A DNA stretch of 64,000 bases from Planctomycetota bacterium (GTDB lineage: Bacteria; Planctomycetota; UBA8108; SXIK01): NCBI GenBank assembly GCA_965223265.1, contig OZ244999.1, forward strand, positions 3,488,001 to 3,552,000. Reading direction: 5' to 3'. The position numbers and the translations under genes were made by a program. Of this stretch, positions 40,597 through 50,080 are shown in pieces. The notes beneath the pieces are model-generated. The model made no database searches, had not been told where the DNA came from, and worked only from the letters and a program-made list of their open reading frames with translations. How positions within the stretch are numbered: the stretch's first letter is position 1; every line of letters begins with the position of its first letter.

Positions 40597-42081
40597 CTAA
40601 GCCCGAATCCCGTCGACCGGAGCAAACTCCCGATCCTGCGGCCCCAGGCGCTCTCGGACGCCCATGGCGGTGAGTATGGTGTTGTAGACGTCGAGCCCCT
40701 CGCGCCCGGCGTCGACAAACTTTCCGGTGCGGAAGCGGCCGTTCGCGCCGGTGATCGCGTGGAAGACGCCAGAGAGCTCACGCTTCGAGTCGTTGTGGCG
40801 GCCGTCGCCGGATTCGGTGGAGATTGTGACGAGGGAGTTTTCGAGGAGGCTCTTGCCGTTGACATCCTTCACTGCGTCGAGACGGGAGAGAAAGTAGGCG
40901 ACCTCACGCATCTTCATGTGGGCGTGAGCGCGGAGCTGTTCGTTTGGTTTCTTAGGACTGAACTTATGCCACCATTCGTGACTGCAGCCCTTGTCGCCGC
41001 TGGCACCAAGATCCTTGGCGTCGTCAAAGCTGTAGATCAATCGATCGCCGTAGCGGTAGTCGCCGGTCATACGCAATCGCTCACCCGCCGCGAGAAACGT
41101 CAGCGACCCGAAACGGACGCGGTCCATTTCGATCGCAAGCGCATAGAGGTCCGCCATCAATCGCCACTCGGCCGTGAGATCGTCGAGCTTCATGTCGATC
41201 CCTTGTCCGCCTGGGTCGGCCCGACCACCGTGGGCTAACTGAGAGGCTGCAGGAACGCTCGGAGCGTCTTTAGGCGAGTCCTTCATCTCATACGCGCGCT
41301 GCTCGAATTCGCGAACGCGATCGAGATGCTCTGCGACGCGAGCTTTCGATCTGGCGCCGAGTGGAGAGTTGGCGCCGACAAAGTAGCGATACTGATCGAC
41401 GATGGCGTCGAGAACACTGCGCCGCAGGCGTGCCGTCCGCAAGTCAGACGCGTCACCGGCCGCCGCCACGGTTCCGAAGACCCGATCGAAGAGATCGCGT
41501 GGCCGCTCCTGCATCGCCGCCGCCACAGTACCGTCTGCGTTGTAGCTATGCACGTAACGACAGACGCGGCTGCGACGAAAGAACGTCCCGGCGACCAGCG
41601 TCGGCACCATCGCCGCAGGCAGCCCATCGGGGTAGTGCGCCTGCCGGATCATCTGGTCAATCGACGCGCCACCGGATCTTGCTTCACCGCTCGGTGGCTC
41701 AGCTGTGAAAGCGCCGGCTGCGCCATCGAAGTGGGCGTTGATCCCTGACTCATCGCAGCGCACCTGATCGACGCCGCGCAGGATGAGGAGCTTGTCTGCG
41801 AGCGGCCGCAGAGGTTCCAGGACGCCGTCGAATCCTTCGACCTGCAGTGGCGCTGGAATCCCGAGACCGAAGAAGACGTTGAAAGCTCGCACCGGCACCG
41901 CAGTATCCGACAGTGCAGTATCCGACGCTGCAGTATCCGACGCTGCGGCCGCAGCTGCCGGACTGGCGGTGATCATTTCCTCCAAGAGCGGCAGGCCGAT
42001 CGTGACGCCTCCGAGCCCTTTGAGCCCGAGGTCTCTCAGCATTGTTCGGCGACTGATGGCTCGATCCTGCATGAGCTGCAT
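40597..42081 (-). CDS. DUF1552 domain protein (Tat)
   Basis: ISRRTMLR, TIGLPLLEEM, SIDQ, PRDLFDRVFG, HLDRVREFE, SHEWWH, TESGDGRHN; follows DUF1592 gene. Confidence 0.85.
   Translation of the reverse strand: MQLMQDRAISRRTMLRDLGLKGLGGVTIGLPLLEEMITASPAAAAAASDTAASDTALSDTAVPVRAFNVFFGLGIPAPLQVEGFDGVLEPLRPLADKLLILRGVDQVRCDESGINAHFDGAAGAFTAEPPSGEARSGGASIDQMIRQAHYPDGLPAAMVPTLVAGTFFRRSRVCRYVHSYNADGTVAAAMQERPRDLFDRVFGTVAAAGDASDLRTARLRRSVLDAIVDQYRYFVGANSPLGARSKARVAEHLDRVREFEQRAYEMKDSPKDAPSVPAASQLAHGGRADPGGQGIDMKLDDLTAEWRLMADLYALAIEMDRVRFGSLTFLAAGERLRMTGDYRYGDRLIYSFDDAKDLGASGDKGCSHEWWHKFSPKKPNEQLRAHAHMKMREVAYFLSRLDAVKDVNGKSLLENSLVTISTESGDGRHNDSKRELSGVFHAITGANGRFRTGKFVDAGREGLDVYNTILTAMGVRERLGPQDREFAPVDGIRA
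41900..41946. repeat. 15-bp tandem repeat x3 in DUF1552 linker (SDTAx)
   Basis: GCAGTATCCGACAGT GCAGTATCCGACGCT GCAGTATCCGACGCT. Confidence 0.85.
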
Positions 42082-42082
42082 C

Positions 42083-44938
42083 CTACTGTTCGGTTCCCTC
42101 TTCGGTCTGTACTTTTCTGACGAGATCACTCACGACGATCGCCTCGATCAGACTGGTGTATGTACCACCGCTTTTCCTTGCGTGAGCGTGAATACGTGCC
42201 ACTTCGCTAGCGTCGGCCGCGCCGAGCGGTCGACCAAGTGCGAACTGTGTGAGCTTCCAGGTGAGACTCTCGGCCACGCGCTCACTGCCTGCGAGGAGTT
42301 CCATCAATTCTGTCGAAGAGGAGAACTTCCGTGATTCCGCGCGACCCGGGAACAAAATTTCACCGTCGTCGCGGAGCGCGTTGCCGTGCGCGTCGACTTC
42401 GCGAAATGAGCCAAGTCCATCGAACTTCTCAAGACCAAATGCTAGCGGCTCAAATTTTGCATGGCAGCCGCCGCACTTCTTGCTGTTGACGCGCTGCATC
42501 GCAATCTCCCGCTGCGTCAGCCCGGGCTCTGTCGGAATGGGCGTGGCATCGACACAAGGGGGTGGATCCTTGACAACGCCGCGCAGGAGCTCATGAAAGA
42601 CGAAGAGTCCGCGAGTCACCGTTGACGCCTCCATACCACCGATGGTCAAGACGCTGCCGTGCGTCAGCAGGCCGCCGCGTGCGGGGATGGCGGCAAGATC
42701 GTACCGTGAAAGGGACTGGCCGTTTGGTGTGTGGACGGTGGGCGGCACTCCGTAGTGTTTGGCTAACCGCGGCGTCAGAAAAGTGAACTGAGCGTTGAGA
42801 AGATCCGTCAGAGGACGCTTCTCATTCCATACCACCTCACGGCAGAACGCCAAAGTCTCGTCGCGCAGGTCGCTGGTCAGCTGTGGATTCCAGTCAGGAA
42901 AGCGCTCCGGATCCGGGTTCAGGTTTGGCAGTCGGTCAAGGTGAAGCCAGTCGGCGAAGAACCTGAGCGACTGCTCAACTGCACGCGGATCCTCGAGCAT
43001 GCGTTGAACCTGCTCTTTGAGGCTGTCCGGTCCCAGTTCGCCTCTTTCGGCGATCCTTAGAAGCTCCCTGTCGGGCGGGGCGCCCCAAACGATGTAGCTC
43101 ACCCGTGTGGCGAGTTCATACTCGCCCGCCGGGAGCGGCGTGCCGTCGCCGCGCTGGTCTTCGATGCGATAAATGAAACGAGGTGACTGCAGCATCGCTT
43201 CGAGGATGAGACGCATCGCTTCTTCAAACGTGCCACCGGCGCTGGCAACGGTGGTCGAGATGCCGCGGTACGATATGACTTCGCTCTCAACCAGAGGGCC
43301 GCGTAGAACCCACTTTCCCATGCGCTCGATGAGCCGCCCCATGTCTTTGTCAGTGAATCGATGTTTCTTGGAGAAACGGTTTACGAATGCCATCACGTCC
43401 ATGCGCTGAACGATGACTTCGGCCAGACGCGCATACGCGGCGACATGGTCGAAGTCGACGCGCAGGTTGTAAGCGGTGTTACTGAACCCGTCGGCTCGGA
43501 CGTCGGGTGGCAAGGTTTCTTCGGCCAGGTCGCCGATGTCCACACCCACCGCGGTGCGAACGGTGTCGACGTACTCTGGTACTGTGAGCCGGCGTAGAAA
43601 GTGCTCGCGCTGATCGCCACCATGCACATAGACCGCGGGGTCGATCGTCTCGAGGGACCACGTCGCGCCGTCTGCGATCCACTGGCGCACAAGACCTTTC
43701 TCCTGCGCCGAGAGAGGCGGGCGGTCTTTCGGCATGTCGCCGGAGTCGATCGCGTCCCAGAGAGCACTCGCCGCCGCGTCGCCGGGGACGAGTATCGGGC
43801 CACCTCTGCCTCCTTCCAGCGCGGCTTTCTTCTGAGCGAGATTTAAAGCGCCCTTGCGGGTACTGGCGTCGTGACACTCCAGACAGTGCTGCGCGATGAT
43901 CGGTGCAATGCGGGTCTCGAAGTGCTCGGCGCGGACATCTCGCTTGCGCGCGACGGCAACCCGCGGTGCCTGTGCACCCGCTCCTGCCTCGAAGTTTTGC
44001 GTCACTTCGCTCGCAGAGAGACCGCGATCGTAGACGGCGACCAGATAGTAGGTCCCGCGCCAGGGGCGACTGTCGCGCAGTTCATCGCCGAGCGCCAAGC
44101 GCAACTCTGCGTCCCAGTTCCCCGTCGTGCCTTGAATCTCTTTTTGCCTGTTCAATAACCCGTCGACGTAAATCTTTGCACGACCGTCGCGCGCTCGCGT
44201 GTAAACTACGTGCATGAGTTCGGGACGTACGCTTCGCGCTTTCGAAACCAGCGAGGGAATCCCGTTACGGTTGGTCGATGTCGTACGCAGGCGGACGTCG
44301 TACTTGTCGCGCTCTTGACCAAGCGTGAAGTTGCGCGCGCTACCACTCTCCGAGAGTGTGACGATGCGGGCCGGACCTTTCTGCTTCGTGTTCGCTGGAC
44401 GGATCCACGCCTCGATGGTGATTTCGCCCGTGCGGCGCACGGCCTCGGCGATTTTTACTGCGGGCGCGGTCGAACGAATCTGGCTCTTGTCGGTGATTTC
44501 CAACACTCCTACGCTGCGGCTGACTCCCTGAAGGTTGTCGATGCGCAGGTCGAGCGGCTTTCCAGCGCCGGCGCGGTCTTTGACGACCGCTCCGCGCGGC
44601 GAAGCGAAATCGTAGAGGACGAGCAGTCCCTCGCGAACACGGATCGTGCCGGCCGTGGACAATTCTGGAGCGCCGTTGTCGGAAGACGACGGCGCGTCCT
44701 CTTGCGAAGAGTCAGCCGGTGGACTTTTGGTTGCCGGCGAGGTCGACTGAGTGTCGTCGGCATAGGCTCCTGTGAACCCCAAGAGCAGAAAGGCGGCGGC
44801 GACGAGACGGATCGCACGATACTTTGGTCGCGAGTCGCCCGAGGGCGTCGGTCGCGAACGGTCGGGCGAACACTCACCGCGCGCCTGTCGGCGGGCGCAC
44901 AAGCGGCTCGTTGAATCGAGGCCGAGAACGCAATTCAT
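42083..44938 (-). CDS. LamG + cytochrome c + DUF1587/1592/1588/1585 protein
   Basis: ITIEAWIRP LamG; CLECH; LRRLTVPEY; LQSPRFIYR; RGGLLTHGS; CGGCHAKFEPLAFGLEKFD; start uncertain. Confidence 0.88.
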   Translation of the reverse strand: MNCVLGLDSTSRLCARRQARGECSPDRSRPTPSGDSRPKYRAIRLVAAAFLLLGFTGAYADDTQSTSPATKSPPADSSQEDAPSSSDNGAPELSTAGTIRVREGLLVLYDFASPRGAVVKDRAGAGKPLDLRIDNLQGVSRSVGVLEITDKSQIRSTAPAVKIAEAVRRTGEITIEAWIRPANTKQKGPARIVTLSESGSARNFTLGQERDKYDVRLRTTSTNRNGIPSLVSKARSVRPELMHVVYTRARDGRAKIYVDGLLNRQKEIQGTTGNWDAELRLALGDELRDSRPWRGTYYLVAVYDRGLSASEVTQNFEAGAGAQAPRVAVARKRDVRAEHFETRIAPIIAQHCLECHDASTRKGALNLAQKKAALEGGRGGPILVPGDAAASALWDAIDSGDMPKDRPPLSAQEKGLVRQWIADGATWSLETIDPAVYVHGGDQREHFLRRLTVPEYVDTVRTAVGVDIGDLAEETLPPDVRADGFSNTAYNLRVDFDHVAAYARLAEVIVQRMDVMAFVNRFSKKHRFTDKDMGRLIERMGKWVLRGPLVESEVISYRGISTTVASAGGTFEEAMRLILEAMLQSPRFIYRIEDQRGDGTPLPAGEYELATRVSYIVWGAPPDRELLRIAERGELGPDSLKEQVQRMLEDPRAVEQSLRFFADWLHLDRLPNLNPDPERFPDWNPQLTSDLRDETLAFCREVVWNEKRPLTDLLNAQFTFLTPRLAKHYGVPPTVHTPNGQSLSRYDLAAIPARGGLLTHGSVLTIGGMEASTVTRGLFVFHELLRGVVKDPPPCVDATPIPTEPGLTQREIAMQRVNSKKCGGCHAKFEPLAFGLEKFDGLGSFREVDAHGNALRDDGEILFPGRAESRKFSSSTELMELLAGSERVAESLTWKLTQFALGRPLGAADASEVARIHAHARKSGGTYTSLIEAIVVSDLVRKVQTEEGTEQ

Positions 44939-45128
44939 GAAACCATTCTCACGGATCGACCCCCGAGTTTCCACGGTGTTCGCAGTGAACGCGGCCACTG
45001 ACGTCCTCATACGGTGTGACGATGAGGGCACCTGAATCGAACTTTCCCGAAAACCGTGTTCCACAGTTTTCGAGTACCATGACGCCAACCGATGCACTCA
45101 TGGTTCGAATTGGAGAGAGTACAGCAAG

Positions 45129-45503
45129 ATGGTAAGAATTAGCTATTTGATGCGACGCCTGCCTCACTTGAGCTTGGAAGAGTTTCAATCCTATTGGAGC
45201 GAGAAGCACCCACAAGCCGCACCGGAGGACGCGTTTTCGACCCTCGGCGTCAAACGCTACGTGCAAGTCCTGCCACTTGAAACGGGCGCTCGCGATCTCG
45301 TGATTGGTCCGCGCACCGGTCTGGTCGAACCGTTCGACGGTGTCGCCGAGCTCTGGGTCGAGAGTCTCGAGACGCTTGAACGCGACTGGTCGACTGAAAA
45401 GGCCAAGGAGTACATCGAAATCTTCTTCAAGGACGAGCAGAACTTCATCGACTGGACACGATCCACGATCCTTGTGTCCAATGAGAACATCGTCATGCCG
45501 TAG
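45129..45503 (+). CDS. EthD-domain protein
   Basis: RRLPHLSLEEFQSYWSEKH...FDGVAELWVES...DEQNFID. Confidence 0.85.
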   Translation: MVRISYLMRRLPHLSLEEFQSYWSEKHPQAAPEDAFSTLGVKRYVQVLPLETGARDLVIGPRTGLVEPFDGVAELWVESLETLERDWSTEKAKEYIEIFFKDEQNFIDWTRSTILVSNENIVMP

Positions 45504-45504
45504 T

Positions 45505-45625
45505 AGGTCTGCTGGCCGAGATCTGGATGGCGAACGCAGGGCGCACCAGACGCCCCAGAAATCGATGAAGACAAACTTCCCTCGCCAGTCTTGGGAGAGT
45601 GATTGGCTTTCGGTCGTGCCAGTTG
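45505..45625 (-). pseudogene. TlpA/thioredoxin-like fragment
   Basis: LSQDWRGKFVFIDFWGVWCA then frameshift to PCV (WCxPC). Confidence 0.55.
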
Positions 45626-45779
45626 CCAACGCCCAATAGCCTGTTCGACATGCTGAAAGAGACCGACCGTCGGTCGGCTGCACCGATGAGCTCCAGAGCG
45701 CCTCGTCTCGAGAGGTCCTCAACCCAGCTGACCTTCAGAAACGGCTGCTTCCCAATTCTACGCGCTCTATCGCGTCGAA

Positions 45780-45935
45780 GGTCGAAGCCCGGTGAGTACC
45801 CGATCCTCCGGCCAGTTCCGACTTGCCCGTTCAACTGAGACCTCATCGCGAAGCAGCACGACGAAATGGTTAAGTAGGTGACCGCTCTGCGGTTTGGGAC
45901 TGTGGAGGCCGAGGCGATTCTTCGTCGGTTCACGT
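45780..45935 (+). pseudogene. Tn3-family transposase internal remnant
   Basis: YPILRPVPTCPFN*DLIAKQHDEMVK*VTALRFGTVEAEAILRRFT, with stops where W and Y are expected. Confidence 0.75.
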
Positions 45936-46202
45936 CACGGTCAAAGGGAACGTTATCCAAGGCCAGAGGTGAAAATGTAAGGACTTGGCTCGCTCCGGAG
46001 TGTCCATTCCAAGCAACGTTTTTAGGAGAATTCGAGAGTTTCATGCCCGGAACCGCCCCCCGACGAGACGCCCAACGCCGAATACGACACACGCGAGCAT
46101 CCGGAGGTGACATGCATTTTCGGGCACAAGAGCGACGGCACACCGTCCGCTACACGGAGCTGTCCTCTGACCGATTCAGCGGATTCTGGGACGATTGACG
46201 CC

Positions 46203-47108
46203 ATGAGTATCTACGTCGAGACTCGCCTCCGCGCTCCCCTTGAGGACCTTTGGGAGTACACCCAGAATCCCGAGCGTCACGAACGCTGGGACCTGCGCTT
46301 CTCCCGAATCGAATACCTGTCCCGCCTCGACGATAGCGAGCCGCAGCGCTTCCTCTATTCGACACGCATCGGCCTTGGCTTGGCGATCCGAGGCGAGGGC
46401 GAATCCGTCGGCGAGCGCGAAGCTCCCGGCGGCACGCGGAACTCTTCGCTTCGATTCTGGTCCAACGATCCCAAGTCGCTCATCCGGGAAGGTTCCGGCT
46501 ACTGGAAGTACATTCCCACCGGTGACGGAGTCAGGTTTCTCACCCTGTACCGCTACGATGTCCGCTTCGGGTGGATCGGCCGTTACTTAGACCGTGCGGT
46601 CTTCCAACCGCTTATGGGATGGGCGACGGCCTGGAGCTTTGATCGCCTGCGACTATGGCTGGAGGATGGGCTCGACCCGAGCATGACCCGCGACCGCACC
46701 GTCGTCTATGCTGCGGCGCGGTGCAGCGTGGCTTGCGTCTGGATTTACCACGGCTTGGTCCCAAAGCTGCTCTTCACACATTCAGACGAACGGCTTTTGC
46801 TCGGGCTCGGTGGTGTTTCCGAGGCGATGATGCCCGGCGCACTCGTTGGCCTGGGGTTGTTGGAAGTGGTTTTCGGGTTTCTGGTGCTTTTCCTCTGGAA
46901 CAAGGCGTGGCCTCTCATAACCACCGTCGTGGCCATGCTCCTGGCGACGGTCGGCGTGGCAGCGACGGCGCCTTCCTTCTTTGTCGCGGCCTTCAACCCC
47001 GTCTCTCTTAACCTCCTCGTTGCAGTGTCGGCAATCATGGCGTTGTTGACGCGCGCGCATCGGCCCTCGGCGCGGTCCTGTCTGCGCAGGGAGCCACACA
47101 AGTCATGA
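46203..47108 (+). CDS. SRPBCC-like + DoxX-like membrane protein (YndG-like)
   Basis: IYVET...LWEYTQNPERHERWDLRFSRIEY, WATAWSFDRLRLWLE, WIYHGLVPKL, FNPVSLN. Confidence 0.8.
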   Translation: MSIYVETRLRAPLEDLWEYTQNPERHERWDLRFSRIEYLSRLDDSEPQRFLYSTRIGLGLAIRGEGESVGEREAPGGTRNSSLRFWSNDPKSLIREGSGYWKYIPTGDGVRFLTLYRYDVRFGWIGRYLDRAVFQPLMGWATAWSFDRLRLWLEDGLDPSMTRDRTVVYAAARCSVACVWIYHGLVPKLLFTHSDERLLLGLGGVSEAMMPGALVGLGLLEVVFGFLVLFLWNKAWPLITTVVAMLLATVGVAATAPSFFVAAFNPVSLNLLVAVSAIMALLTRAHRPSARSCLRREPHKS

Positions 47109-47785
47109 CCTCGATATATCGCCAAGCTCTTGGCCGCGACTTTGATCGGCTGCATCCAGAGATCCAGCGGCGCTTCGGATTCTCGAGCGAGGACCGCATC
47201 GCCTCGGTCGGTACCGGTGTCATGGAGAAGGTCGAACGTGGGCCGTTTTGGACAATTCCTTTTCTCTGGTTGGGATCGTGGCGGCGAATCCTCCTTCCCC
47301 GCTGCGGCCGGAACGTGCCGTTTCGTATCGAGAACTACGCCTACCGTGACCAGAATGGGCGCGAGACGGTCACCTGGCTGCGCACTTTCGAATTAGCCGG
47401 GAAGCCACACCGTTTCGACGCTTACATGATCTACAGCGATCGTCGCGGCGGGATCGTCGACTACCTTGGCACCCACCAGCATCTCGCCGTCGACCTCGAG
47501 CTCTCGGTAAACGACGCGGGTGGTCTCAAGCTTCGGTCAGGTAAACAGCGCTTCTACGAAGGACCCATCGCCTTCCGCTTCCCGCTTCTCTTCTCAGGCG
47601 TCGCAGAAGTCTGCGAGTGGTATGACGATGAAACTCGGCAGTTTCGTATCAAGGTCGAGGTGCGCAACCGAATTTGGGGGCGCCTCTTTCGATATCAAGG
47701 ATGCTTTCAGGTTGACTGGCACGAGCTCGACCCTACCGATGTCCCACCGGAGGCCAGGCCCCGCCGCGAAGAGCGCAGAGAGTGA
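47105..47785 (+). CDS. DUF4166 protein (YndH-like)
   Basis: SIYRQALGRDFDRLHP, ENYAY, RFDAYM, DYLG, FRYQG; ATGA overlap with upstream gene. Confidence 0.82.
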   Translation: MTSIYRQALGRDFDRLHPEIQRRFGFSSEDRIASVGTGVMEKVERGPFWTIPFLWLGSWRRILLPRCGRNVPFRIENYAYRDQNGRETVTWLRTFELAGKPHRFDAYMIYSDRRGGIVDYLGTHQHLAVDLELSVNDAGGLKLRSGKQRFYEGPIAFRFPLLFSGVAEVCEWYDDETRQFRIKVEVRNRIWGRLFRYQGCFQVDWHELDPTDVPPEARPRREERRE

Positions 47786-47921
47786 AGGAGTCCGAGAAGC
47801 GAAGCGACAGAAGTGGACGGTCGTGAACCACGTGCGCTGCAGCTGACACCAGGTGCCAACTGGTCCAAGAAACTCTACTCCCTCAGAACCCACACGGAGG
47901 ACTCACGATCTCAAGACCGCC

Positions 47922-49458
47922 TCACTCGTGTTGAATCGGCACCTCGAAGTTGCGCTCCAAATCGCCGTCGAGTTCCAGAACCGGCAAAGAGATCGACTGG
48001 ATTTCGCCCCCCGAGTGATCGATCGCCTCAACGTTGTAGGCACCGCTTCGAAGACCGCTGATCTCGAACCTTCCCTCCCGGTCGGCGGATATCATGGCGG
48101 CGAATTCGTCGTAGTCCCACTCGAAGACCGGTTTCAGCGCCAGCAGAGTTCGATCGAGCGGTTTGCCGTCTGCATCGAACACGCGACCGCTGAGCGCAAG
48201 TCTGCCGAGTCCGTCTCCTACGTTCACTTCCTTGTGGTCTCCTTCGCGCAGCTCGAATCTCCGGCGGAATCGAGAGTCGAAATCACGCCTACCCGACGCG
48301 GCCTCGAGAAGATAGGTTCCAGGACTCAAATCATCCCAGGAAAACCTACCGTGTTCGTCGGTCTTGGTGTAGCCGTACACGTCCAAAACCTCTTTTCCGT
48401 CGAACGTCTCTTCAGCCCGAAACAGACCAACCGGGGCGCCTGCCATGACCTCCCCGTTGTCATAGTAGTAGCCTTCAACGGATTCTGCCGGGTGAAGGAG
48501 CACGACGAGATCTCCCGAGTCGCTCCCATGAGTCAGCCTTTCGGCAGGCGGCAAGATGAATCGCCGATACCCAGCTGCTTGAAAGAAGAGGGTGCCTCGC
48601 TCTCCTTCGCGGAACCGAAACACCCCGTCGGCGTCGGTGACCGTCCGCTGACCGTTATGCAACCCCACCGTCGCTCCCCAGTGGAAGCGAGAACCGTCCC
48701 AGACTCCGTAGGTGACACCAACTCCGGCGATCGGCTTCTCGGACGTTCGGTCCGCGACGACGCCTCCAAGAACACCCGCCTCGCTGAGGCGAATGAGCAA
48801 GCGCGCCGTGCCGGTTAATTCCGCACGTCGGAGTCGAGTAGGCGTATACCCCGCGGCCGCAACGAGAAGGTTAAGATCTTCCCCGTCGGGCCCCTCCAGC
48901 ATGAAATGCCCGCTGGCCCGATGAAAAGACTCAGCGGCAAGGACGCGAGAATTGGTCGCCGAACCGTCGAGCAGCTTGACGTCGAAACTCGGAATCGGTT
49001 GACCGCTCGCATCGTCGACGACCCGTCCGCGGAGAGTCAGGCCAGCCAACCGTTCAAGCGTCAGTACGATAGATTGATCGACGCGTGCGGAACGTTTTCG
49101 TATCGATGCCCATTTCTCTGGACGCGGACCTTTCACCCGGACACGCACGACCGGCCCAGGCAAGCGCTCAAGTCGAAAGCGACCGCTTTCGTCAGTCTTG
49201 GTCGAACGGGTACCGGATGACACCCCCTTGGGCGCAGACATCGCCGACGCGGAGACACGAGCGTCCACAACGAAACCCTTCCTGGTCGACGACGCTGCCT
49301 TCCAACCAATGGCCTGAGCTCAACGAGATGCGAACTTCCGTCGGCTGGTCGGGAGTGCCAGGCGTGACGCGGCGGAACGCTGGTCCCCACTGTTCGCTTA
49401 GGAACGCGAGGCGGCACTCGTCAAGTTCGCCACGAAACAGCAGCCGGAAGAGCGGCAA
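47922..49458 (-). pseudogene. Carboxypeptidase-regulatory-like repeat protein, frameshift ~49270, 5' end replaced by Tn3 remnant
   Basis: Repeated GxVxDxxGxP / TDxxGxF motifs across ORFs 47922-49268 and 49192-49458; no signal peptide or start seen. Confidence 0.65.
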
Positions 49459-49462
49459 GCGC

Positions 49463-49552
49463 TTCGAGCTCGAAGCCTCCGTAGGGATTCACGTGGCTGT
49501 AGATGAGTGGTGTCACCGCACGGAATCCCTCGTCGGTCATGCGGTCCATCCA
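49463..49552 (-). pseudogene. Tn3-family transposase C-terminal remnant
   Basis: WMDRMTDEGFRAVTPLIYSHVNPYGGFELE resembles Tn3 TnpA C-terminal TPLxxxH(V/I)NPYGxF motif. Confidence 0.72.
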
Positions 49553-49581
49553 CACTCGTTTTTTCGATTTTCGGTTGGATG

Positions 49582-49597
49582 GACTACATCTGTAGTC
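49582..49597 (+). promoter_or_regulatory. BlaI/MecI/CopY operator
   Basis: GACTACA-TC-TGTAGTC (TACAnnTGTA core) ~57 bp upstream of the BlaI-family gene, next to TATACT. Confidence 0.85.
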
Positions 49598-49654
49598 TAT
49601 AGAGTATACTTGTGGTCAACGCTTTGAGATTCGACCTCATGCGAGGGTTCCGCC

Positions 49655-50080
49655 GTGCCTCGTCCAAAGAAGCGAGACGACCCGCCTCCCGCGGTTTCTA
49701 ACGCCGAGCGTGAAGTTCTCCGGTGCCTTTGGCGACACGGGGCCATGGCTGCACGGGACGTCTACGCCGCGCTTCCGGAAGACCACGGGTGGGCGTACAA
49801 GACGGTCAAGACGCTGCTGTCTCGATTGGTGGCGAAAGGAGCCATCGACTACGAACGCGTCGGCAACTCGTATCTCTATCGCGCGGTTTTCTCGCGCGAG
49901 CAGATGACGCGCGAGGAGGTGAAAGGTTTCGTCGACCGGATCCTTGAGGGTTCGTTGACGCCGCTGTTGGCCTACTTCGTCGAGGACCGAGAGCTGGACG
50001 ACGAGGAACTCGCGCAGCTACGCGAAGTCCTCGAAAAGCGCGACCGACCATCGACCTCAGCAAAGCGGAGGAAACGATGA
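49655..50080 (+). CDS. BlaI/MecI/CopY family repressor
   Basis: SNAEREVLRCLW, WAYKTVKTLLSRLVAKG, YLYRA, GSLTPLLAYFV. Confidence 0.93.
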   Translation: MPRPKKRDDPPPAVSNAEREVLRCLWRHGAMAARDVYAALPEDHGWAYKTVKTLLSRLVAKGAIDYERVGNSYLYRAVFSREQMTREEVKGFVDRILEGSLTPLLAYFVEDRELDDEELAQLREVLEKRDRPSTSAKRRKR

